64,000 nucleotides of DNA from the NCBI GenBank assembly GCA_905178155.1, contig CAJINV010000003.1:10345489-10409488 (forward strand). The letters are read 5' to 3'. Numbering within the stretch: position 1 is the stretch's first letter; every line of letters begins with the position of its first letter. A program made the translations under genes and the position numbers. Below the pieces are notes generated by a model. It ran no database searches and had not been told where the DNA came from. It was given only the letters and a program-made list of their open reading frames with translations. Shown in pieces: positions 1-10,400 of the stretch. The stretch comes from Amoebophrya sp. A120 (Eukaryota > Protista > Dinoflagellata).

Positions 1-220
1 TTCTCGGTTTCCGATTCTCGGTTTCCGATTCTCGGTTCTCGGTTTCCGATTCTCGGTTTCAGGTTCTCGGTTCTCGGTTTCCAATTCTCGGCTCTCGGTT
101 TCCGATTCTCGGTTCTCGGTTTCCGATTCTCGGTTCTCGGTTTCCGGTTTCCGATTCTCGGTTTCCGATTCTCGGTTCTCGGTTTCCGGTTTCCGATTCT
201 CGGTTTCCGATTCTCGGTTT
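1..220. repeat. Satellite of TTCTCGG / TTTCCGA 7-mers (14-bp higher-order unit TTCTCGGTTTCCGA), runs off the window start
   Basis: Directly visible tandem array; it explains the repetitive GNREPRI ORF at 59-259. Confidence 0.95.
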
Positions 221-322
221 TTTACGCCCTGGCCATGGCTTAACTTGATAGTAAAACAATAAGGATTAGGATGCACGAAAAAGAAAAACAACTAGATGAA
301 CAATAGCAATACCGGACTCAAA

Positions 323-2944
323 TATGAGATGGACTGAGCGATTCAAACCCAAGCGATTCAAAAATTTTTTTTCAACTAAAACGCATCCCATCAACTGCCC
401 CCAAAATGTCCCCGGATTCGGCGTCGCGCGGAGCAGTTTCAGGTAGTGGCGGAGATGTCGGCACCGGGTTATGGAAGTAAAATATGTGGGCCGACGTCAA
501 CTTGAGCTTTCTACATCGGCTGTTCTTGGAGGTCATTTTTTTCCTCCAAATACAGATACGCAGCTGCCTTCTGCGAAGTGAATCTTCGTCGTGTGTCTGG
601 AAAGGTAAGGCGGCAGCAGAAATCGCTTCCGTATTTGGGGCGCTCCCGACTCTTCAACAAAAAGGGGGTCACCTGCGTGGTGTGGTTTTTGCTGCTTTTT
701 GTAATCACCCAAACGACGCGCAAAAGACTACGAAAGAGGCCAACGTGGCCGGTCTCAACTTGAGGCAGCTACTTGCCATTTTATAAAGGCTGCAAAGCAG
801 GGGACGAAGTCAGCGCGTGCGCATGAAGCCATGAAATGAGCGGAAAAACAAGACGCAACAATGCCGCCAAGTTGGGTACCGGGAAAAACGCGCGTCAGCC
901 ATGTGAAGGGCAACCCAGGGCCCATTCCAAAACCCAAGCGGGCCGACCGCCGGGCTTGGCGGCTTCTGGTGCGCCGTGGTGGGAATGCCTTTGGGCCTGC
1001 CCACGTAAAGGTTGTAAACCTGCGGCAGCCTCGACCAGGTCCACGGAGGCCGCGCGGGCTACTATGCCAACAAAAAAAGCAACAAACGCAGCGCACAGGT
1101 GCATTGTTTCCTCGGTGTAGCTGCAAAGACGGGCGGGCCAAGGCGCCGAGGGTTTGGGGCGCAGGCGCCCCACGGATGCTATGGCACTGGGGGGCCTGGC
1201 CCCTTGGCAAGTCCGCCAGCGGGCCAATGCCGTGGGCTACTTGGTGGACTGACGTCGCCGGGGCGCGGGTACCAGCTTCGCGACAGGGGCGGCTTTGGGG
1301 GGAGTCGCGAGGGCGGTTGGGTGTTGTTGTGGGCCCCGTCTGGCACGAGAAAGGGCGCCGGCGGAGCCAGTCGCGCAGCGAGAGGCTTCCTGGGGGCAGG
1401 CGTTCCCGGAGCTGATGGCGGGGCTTTGCAAGCCTTGTAGCGGCGCTCGGAAGGGGCGTGGCGGGCATGGTGCCGAAGGTGCGGAGGTCACTATTGTGAA
1501 AGCGGGCGCCATAGCGTCGCGATTCGTGATTTTCCATTGTTCTTGAGCATACCGCCGCGCTTGGCCGATTTCGGCTCCAAAAGGGGGTCAATCCGGGACC
1601 TCCTTTTTGGCCTCCCCCGAGAGCCGGAACCACGACGGTATGCTGGATCTCGATAGAGGTCCTTTTTGGAGGGTTTCGGCGATTCAAAAGGACCTCATTT
1701 GAATCGCGACATTGCAAAACCGTTGCATTTGTATTTCCCCGACTACAATCCATTCAAAAAAAGGCGCGATCTGTTCTTTTTTTCCAGGTTTGTGACGGAT
1801 ACGCGGCGGCACTCGGCTGATACACGGCGCCACAGCTCAAGAAATAAAGGCTGCGCCCCACCCTGTTGTCCGAAAAGATTTGGCGGCCAGAAGAAAAGGG
1901 CCACGAACCAAAGGGCCGCCAACCAGTGGCGAGAGTCTTCTATTGGTGGGGAGAAGTGCAAATGCTGCCCGACCGATCACAGGCACCCACAGAAGAGGCG
2001 CCGAGGCTGCCGTGGTGTGGGCCACGGCGGAGATATATCGCGCCGCAAGCCCGGCTCGGGCGGCATGTAGTTCAGCAGCGCACCCGTAAAGGTGCCAAAG
2101 CCCCGCAGTGCCGACACGGGGCCCCAGGATAGCCTGGCGGCGCAGGCGTCCTATGCTTTTTTTCGATGGCACTGCGCCAGGGTTGGCACTGCGGCCGCGG
2201 CGCGCCGTGTTTTTCCCTCTCCCGGTGACAAGGCTCATAGCCCACACTAGAATCGGCTACGCCACCTTCTTTCGCAAGGCGTTTTGCCGAACTTTTGTGT
2301 CCCACAAAACAGAAAAGCAGATGGCGAAAATGGCGCCGCATTATTTCGGGGCTGGGGCCCCCACTACACAACGGCGGGCATGTTTTTCGTCCCGCGGCTT
2401 TTGGCCCCTTCTTCCTTGTTGTATGTGCGCGAGAAAAACCGCGCAAGAGACAGCGCAACGTCGCTGATGGCAGAATAATGGGCCGTGCGTTGGCGCCAAT
2501 CTGGCTAGTTCCAGTAGGACCCGGCTCTGCTTTTTTAGGCGCATAGCTCGTCGGCTCTCCGCCGCCACTCACGCGAAGCCGCTGCGTTTGGCACCGATCG
2601 CGGCCACGCCTTGGGGCCAAATAGTGGCAGGCTTGGGCTTCGAGGGTATCCGCTGTGTGGCCTCCTCTGCTGCCCCTTGCTGCGAATTCTTCACGCTTAT
2701 GAATGCAGACACTCGCCTTTTTCCCGGTTTTGCTGCGTTCACGTACGCCTAAATAACGAAGTCAAGTTGAGATCGACCTAGCTTGTTCGTTTGATACTCT
2801 TCTGGGCGACGTTTCGGCGAACGCAAAAAACACCCAGAACACAGCCCATCCGTGCTGCTGTTCTTTTCAAGAATCAGGAAAAGCTTGGAACATGAAAAAA
2901 AATTTTTGAATCCGTTGATTTTGAATCGCTCAGTCCATCTCATA
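323..2944. mobile_element. 2.6-kb non-autonomous TIR element (TAT...ATA ends, 5-bp TSD TCAAA)
   Basis: About 52-bp imperfect TIR TATGAGATGGACTGAGCGATTCAAA...ATTCAAAAATTTTTTTTCA at 323-374 and its reverse complement at about 2893-2944; perfect TCAAA at 318-322 and 2945-2949; GC-rich interior with no recognisable transposase. Confidence 0.93.
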
Positions 2945-4423
2945 TCAAAGATGCGCATTCTTGCAAAGCGAAAGGCTGCAACTTCATTAAGAAAAAAACA
3001 CCAGAGCTGCAAGTTCGAAGATGCAGGCTTAATTGACCCCTCGGGTCAAGGAGCTGAAAAAGAATCGCCCGAGACTCTGGAAGCAAGGGCAAAGCTCGTA
3101 GCCGGTTCGGAGAGTCACGAGTTCGGAGGTGAAAATGCGGAGCAGGAGCTGATTCCGCCCCGAGACGCACCGGCATCCGCGTCACCCGATCTATGAAAAA
3201 ACAAGGGAACAAGGAAGTCGTTCTCTTGGTGGTTTGTAGGTTATTCCTCAATGCTTTTGGTCAAAGACGGTCTAAAGGAACGATGTTAAAGAGGCTTTCA
3301 ACCAACTTCGAAGATGACCGTCTGCCCTGCTGGCTGGCTCTTCGCGTCCTCGAGATCCCTCCTCGTCAAAGCCAAAAGTTATAAGGTTGAAACTGGAAAA
3401 ATAAGAGCAAAACCAAAAGAGCGGCAAAACAGAAGGGAAACGTGTTCGATTCATGGTCATTGCCGGATAATTAGCCGCACAGTGGTGCGAAAGCACAAGC
3501 TCAAGCACAACGTGTGCAGGTTCCAGAACTACTCAGAACATTAGAAGTGGTTTGCGTGTGCTGCTAACTATGAAACCCAAGAGAGCAGTATTTATGAATA
3601 TATTGCAAAGTGGTCCATCTCGATCTTCACACGACTCTGCGGCTTCAGGATCCGATCTCTATCATGGCCGAAATTGAAGAAGGAGGTGTATGCATGATGA
3701 AAAAGAGTAAGCTGCAGCATTTTATTGATACTGCAGTTTCCGCAGGGAGGTGCGGCTTTGTTCCAATCTTTTCTGCAGAGAATGTTGGTCGCTGTGGAAG
3801 ATCTTCACGACTACGACAGACAAGTAAATATACACTGGAGCTCCATGCACAAAAACAAAAAGCGAAGCACTTCAACTGCTCTACACAGTCGTGATGGTGA
3901 TGATCCGCAACTCCACCTGTGCACGATGCTGATCTCTATTTCAATTTATACTCATGTTAGAGTCATTTGGGATCAAAGCGCGGGGACCCATTTTTACGAG
4001 AATAAAATCGAAATACAAAATCATGGAGCATGCGTTTTTGTGCCTGTGGATGCAAATTTTAGCACATATTTCATTGAGGTGGAGATGCAATTTCATGGGA
4101 CAGCAGCAACTCTATCCTTTTCTATTTACCGACAACTGCTGACGGATAAAATTGGAATTCCAAATGTGATTAACAGGAACAGGTAGGAGCAGGAGCAAGG
4201 CACAAGAGCAACAGGAGCACGCTGTTGCTACTGATGCGCACGAATATGAGTATGGAGAAGATGTAGAAGATGAAGAGTTAGAAGATGGAGCATCAGTGAT
4301 CGTAGTCCGAATTGACAAAGTAAGATATGATAACTTGAGAAAAAAAAACCATTGGCATTATAGCAACCGAAACTATAAGTATAACTACACTGAATCTCCT
4401 CCTAGTATCCTGGTACGCAACCA

Positions 4424-7400
4424 ATGTCCGACTCCGACGAAGGCAACCCCTTTCTTGGCGGCGGACCAAACCCATTTGCAGGTGGCGTGGGGCTGGGAGG
4501 TGGCAAGTCTTCACATGCCTGGGAAGGCGAATCTTCGGAAGAGGATGAGCGTCCGGCGAAGCGGACTAAGCTATTTACCTCCGGCGGCAGTCACGGCATG
4601 AAATTCGTGAAGAAGGAGACCATTCAGCCGAAGGAAATTCCAAAAGCCACAATCCACATGAAAGACAGCGAAGGAAAAAATCAGGCGACGTCTCCCGATG
4701 AAGCAGATTCTTCAGAACACGAAAACGATGACGATGAGGAAAACCCGGGCACAATTGACCCCCGGTTCCAATTCCAATTTGACGCCTCCTCTGCGCAGCA
4801 GAGGAAAGAGCAGGGTCCGCAGATGCCTTCGAAGGTCCACCGTAGTGATCGGCAGCTCGCGGACGATTTCTCCAACCCGGTGCTTGCCTACATGAAGAAG
4901 ATGGGCTGGAAAGGCGGGGGTCTCGGGGTCGACGAGCAAGGGCGCGCGAATCCCTTGAAAGGTGCGTACGGACGCAAGAAGAACCAGGCGATCCAGGAAG
5001 ACGGAGAAACCAAGCAGGAGGAGGACGATATGGCTCTCTCAAGCAGTGCATTCGCATTTCGTGGTCGTGCATTTCTATTTGGCGATTTTTTTGTGTTTGT
5101 GACGCAAAGAAGCCTGTAAGTATAGAATAGTAAACTACGAATAGTGGCTTCCGTTTGTTCGATATTGTCCACGTGTCTGTGGTTGCCTGATCTTCCAGCT
5201 GGTTCTTCAAATGAGAAGGTTTGGACGCTCTCGAGAGCATGCTGGGAATCCGTGCCGGATTTGTAAGTAGAGCGCTGCAATCGCAATGGCAAAATAAAAT
5301 AAGAAATAGTTTCCTAGTGGTCTTCGGGCCGTATCGTTCATCGGGCCGCCGGGCTGACAAGACATAAGTTAGTACCTCTAGTATCCTACTCCCGAAAGGA
5401 AAGCAAGGGCTCGGGATCTAGGACCCCCAGCGGTCCCCCGGGAGGTTGCCCAGTAGAGCTGCCCAGCGCTCGCCTGAATGAAGGTCCTCATTTGAAATTA
5501 CAAGAAACACAAAACTGAATCGCATAGCAATTGCATTCTTTTGTACTGACAAACATGCAAGCTCAAGCAATTAGCAAGAAGCATTTGCACATGAAAGTGT
5601 AACGTTTGAGAAGGCCATAGGCGACCGTAAGAAGCCCGACCAGCGCAGCGCGAGGGACATACTTCTTGGCGGAGCGACAGGCTTATGCAGTGCAAAAGTC
5701 TCGCTCTCGTTAACGTATTCGATTGGTAGTACTGTCATAAAACTAAAAAAGTTCAAGCTGCATAAAAGCCTAATATCGATGAGGCGAGGCCTATCCAGGA
5801 AAATAAAAGCACCCATTTCCATCCAATTTGTGTTTGTCCTGCAAAACATGCATAAACTCCAGTGTAGTTTGCCATCCAAACGATGGCTGGGGCTGGCTGT
5901 TTTTTCCTGGATAAGAACTGTGTTCGTGCAGTGCCGTTCGAAACGGAATTTACTATACGACTGCGATACTTTTGTACGGCATCAGGGGAGAAGAGCACAC
6001 GCGACGTGATCCCGGGACTTGGAACCCACATGAGTAAAAGCGATCGCCAGGGATTCATTGGGGGCCGGAGAAGACAGAAAGACAAGAACGAGCAGCACCT
6101 GAAGAGGCGCGACCGCGAGGTATTCTATGAAACGGAAGATGGGGATGGCTTCTTTGAAGAAAAAACTGTGCAGTCTAGCACAATGCGCATCGTGGATATG
6201 ACGCAAGCACGCGGCGCGCGCATCATCGGGGGTGCCGGAGAAATTATAGCTGGCTCTCGTCTGACTGCAAGAGCCGTCACCGCAGCGGAGCTGCGCGGTT
6301 CACTCATGCAGAGGACGGAGCGCCCGCTCGATGATCTACTTACGGGGCTCTCGGACCTGGTGTTGCGTACCGACCAAGACGCGGATGTGCTGCGCCGCCA
6401 GGTCACGGACTACCGGAGCAGCCTCGAGGTCTTGCAGGACGGGCAGGGCGTGGGCGACAATCTTGACGGCGAGTTCGGAACAAGTAGTGGCTCTTCATCT
6501 AGTGGCGCTGATGGCGCCGACGTCAAGAAGACGAGGCACAGGTCCCGCAGACACCAACGCCGGACGAAGCGGCGCGCAGAGGATTGGGAGGACGTGCTCG
6601 AAGGCGTCCTGAATGACCTGGAAGTGCAATTCAAGCACCTGGACAGCGCTGCCGGGCTTGTGTCTTCATTTTCAGCACCAGGATACATCACTTCGGCGTC
6701 GTCCACTGATGCGGCGGCCACAGTTACAAGAGTCGAAGCAGAACTAATAAAGGTGATAGAGTACTTCGAAGAAGTGCTGCAGGCTCATGGGCCGGCCTTC
6801 TGGGCAGATTTCACCTTGGAACAGCTTTGCGCCGAGCATCTACTACCTATTTTTCGCCATCGCGTCAACCTTTGGAACCCGCTTGACGAGTCGGATGAGC
6901 TAGATCCAGTGTTCGAGCGCATCCGCGACTTACTCGTTTTGGGCTCTTCCGCAACACTGGAGCAGACCCAAAACAAACAGCAGCGTGAGCTGTTCCAGAA
7001 ACTGGAGCGGTGCAAAGCTTACAAGCTGCTGACCCAAGCGACCGTATACCCGAAGATTCGCACAGCAATTAGCAGCCCGGATTGTCGCCCGGCTGATTCC
7101 CCGGCTGCCTGCGGCGATTGTCTGCTCCTGTTCACCACTGCCAGTAATTTCCTGCCCTCTTTTTGCATCACCAACTTGGCTCGCCTAAACCTCGTGCCTA
7201 AGCTTCGAGAGCAGGCGCAAAAGTGGGACTGCGTGGCGAGCGAGGGCTTCTTGTCCTGGATTCCGGCTTTCCGCGAGTACCTGCTCGAAAGCGACCTCCG
7301 CGAAATCGCGCGCATCTGCAAGCAGAACGTTGCGCGCTACTTTTCTGGCCGTTGGCAACCGCTAGAGTTCTGTGCTGCGGCCAGAAGAAGTAGACAGGCT

Positions 7401-10400
7401 GCAGCGCAGCAGCTTTTAGAGGAAGACGAGCAACAGGACCGTCACGATATTAACAAGGTCCCGGCCGTCGACGATAGCATACCGCCCGCCTCCGACTCGC
7501 AGCTGACCGGACCTGCGCTGGTGCGGAATTTGCGGCGCTTCCTCTCGGACGAGGATGTCTATGACCTCGAGCAACGCGTCATTCTGCGCCTGCGGGAGGC
7601 CGTTCAGCCGGACGACTCTGATGAAGTGCTATTTGTGCTCGCGCCTTGGTATGACGGCGTGGCCGCTCCGTTGGGCAGCAATGTTTCCCCCTCCACATTA
7701 TCCTGAATAAGAACGTACTTACTCAACCGCCACAGCTGGTCAAGGTGAGAGTTTCTGTTTTTGCATTTTGTTGCTGTTGTGCATGACAAGTTTAGCTTTA
7801 GACTCAGTCACGGTGACGCTGTTGCTGCTGTGACCAAGAGCAGTGCAGCCGCAGGAGTAAGGCACTTTCTTATCCTGAACGGAGTATGACAAATATATAG
7901 GAAGTACAGTATGACAAATATTAATGTACAAGAACTTAGTTGAATTTATTTATTAGTACCATAATTACCACGCTCATCTAATTGCTGGCATCAAGATAAG
8001 CATACGCATCATGGCAAGGTTAGGTTGGGGAGGTTTTTCCACATGATATCCGAACAGGAGACGTCACAACTGCTCCAACGCTCTCCTTTTACTCGCGGAG
8101 GAGCTCTTCTTCCAGCCGCTGCGGCAAAACCTGAAACGGATTCTTGCGGCCATTTGCTCCTCTGACGCCGCCAGAATGTTTTTCGATGGGGCTGGGAAGG
8201 AGAAGCGCCTCTACAACGGACGGACGTTCTTGAGGGCTGCACCATTAGCATCTTCAGAAGATCCGCAGGTCAATCGCGTGAAAACGGACCTGACGAAGTT
8301 GCTCACTCGTTTCTACCGACGGGTGCGGGCTCGCTTCGCCGATGCAACGCTAGCGCAAAATGGCGACCTGGCGATGCAATTTTCGTACCTGCTTGAGGTG
8401 TTTGAGTGCTATGCGCTGGACCAGGGGAAGTTCTCGAGTGCGTCCTCTTACGTCTTGGACCTCGACGGACTAGAAACTGGCCCTGCCCTGCAGGTTGGTG
8501 ACAAGGGACAGTTGTACGCGAACCGGGGGAACAGCGGGCTTTCCGAGCGCGAGAAGACCCTCAGGCGCTACGCAGATATGCTAAAGGAGGACAAGCAGCG
8601 CGCCGCCTTGCGGCAGAAGGACCGGCAGCACATGGAGGAGCCAGACATGGGCTTGCGTGAGTATGCCCCGCTCCCCAGATGAAGCGATCTCAGTTCGAGT
8701 GATGGGTTTACGGTTTTTTATGAACAATTTGGATTTCGGTTGCGCACGTTTTTGGTCACTTTTTAAACAAAGGACCGTCCAGTTTACGTGGATGCAACTG
8801 CAAGGCTTGAATTTGTTTTGCATAAAGTTCAAAATGTAAAAAGCAAAGTCTTTTTGTTGCAATTCCAATGCTGCACTGCGATGATTACGAAACCAGGTTG
8901 CTTTTGAATTTCTGTTTCAGTGCGGTCGTTCGGCGCGGTTGCATCCCCCGGGGGCGATGCCGGGTTACCAAGGTCCACTGGATTTCTTTCTTTTTACATG
9001 TTTTCCCACGCTTTGTATTTCTGCTTTGTGTGACGTAGAGAGATGACCCAATCCAGGATATTTTGGCTGCGTCCCCTGCTTCCAACTTGCCTCATCTCGG
9101 CCTTTTACGATCTACCACCCGGTGATGGAGAGATAGAGGGTATAGCGCTATTTTGTCACACCGTCTCACGGTCACTGCGTACAGTCTGCATGGGCATGAT
9201 TTTACGCAGGATTATTGTGCGTGGTTTATATGGTTGAAAAGTCGCGACATTATATTGAGAATGAAAACGGGCCTGGCTCCCAAGATTGCCCTAGGTGGCA
9301 GATACACTCGGCCCCAGATCCCGCCTGCGCCCCTGCGGGCCGATCCCTCTCGTCATAATCTCAGAAGCTTGCGGCGTTTTTGCGTTTATTTTTCTGGCAC
9401 CTAGAGACCCACGCCCCGGCTGTACCCCCCGGCCGTTGTCGCATTGGAACGCCCCCAAGGTTGCCCACGTGTGTTCGAACAAGAACGCAAGCAAATAGGT
9501 TGCAGCCATCTACCGCCTCCGTTTTTTGACATAGATAACACGGGCCGCGCGAGCTGGCACGCAAATAGGTGGGTAGGTGCTCTAAGCTGTAGCGCTGGGC
9601 GGACTTAAGCCCATGCCACCGCTTTGCAATGTTAGTTTCGAGCCTGTAGCCCCCCCACCTTCCGAAAGCACCCCACGGAAGCCCCCCCCCCTATATTTTA
9701 TTGCGTTCTGGCCGATCGCCCCCGCAGGTGTTTTTCCGTGCCTGCGCCCGATCTCACCCGGTAGCCCCGAGCGCCTGCCCCGCCCTCGTTTCGCCGCCTG
9801 GCCGCGCATTATGATTGCCGGCCACTGCTGGAGGGCGATCGCGGTGGTCGAAGCTCGTGGCTTTTTTTCGGGTTTGTTCCGAATTGTTTTCCAGTGCCAG
9901 GCGCGACGGCCGTGCAGTTTTGTCATGCCGACACGGCACGGGATAGTGACGCCCCGGCTTTTGTGTGGCGTCTGTAATTACAGACGAAGGCACAGCAGCA
10001 GCGCCTTGCTTTGTTCCGCCCCACCCCGACGAGCCGACGCCCGTTCGGTGTTGGGTTATTAGGCGCCGCAAAAATCTTGCCAGGCCTGTCACTGGCAAGA
10101 TTGTGGCACTGCGTAGCAGTAAAGGACTAGCAGCAGGAGCCCGGGGCTTGTTTTTCTTTTCGTTTTTTTCATGCGCGTAATTGATTCTGCCACTCGGGGA
10201 GCTGTGCGCTCGCTGTCGTATCTATTTGCATCGCCCCGCCCATTGATCCCCCGCCCTGCTTCTCGCAGTTTGCTGGGTGGGCTGCCCAAAAATGGCGGGC
10301 GAAGCCCTGCAGCCCGTAACCTTTGACAGCGGAGCAGCGCTGGCCCTCTTCGGTTCGGGGCCAGTGCTTGGCAACGATTTGCGGGACGCGCGTCGCGTCT

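Noticed and set aside
1-220. Telomeric repeat
   Set aside because: The unit TTCTCGG/TTTCCGA is irregular and unlike TTTAGGG-type repeats; treated as a satellite
755-2620. Many overlapping Arg/Gly/Pro/Ala-rich ORFs (also 9300-11400, 52500-53400, 60328-61710)
   Set aside because: Stop-poor GC-rich repeat DNA inside elements or introns; no domain motifs
3190-4400. Short exon-like segments upstream of TFIP11 (similar ones at 55560-58500)
   Set aside because: Probably coding fragments, but no consistent frame or domain could be assembled by eye
5766-5810. Mini-exon KPNIDEARPIQENKS joined through a TAAAAGC direct repeat
   Set aside because: It overlaps the nested 109-bp-family element, and the outer TIR pair 5684/5983 explains the frame more simply
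7704-7706. In-frame TGA read-through (stop-codon recoding), since GT 7745 to AG 8174 would keep the frame
   Set aside because: The TGA lies within the TAT...ATA element 7699-8048, whose removal restores the frame and also recovers the TFIP11-like LAEELFFQPL segment that the GT-AG model would skip; other genes use TGG for Trp and normal stops
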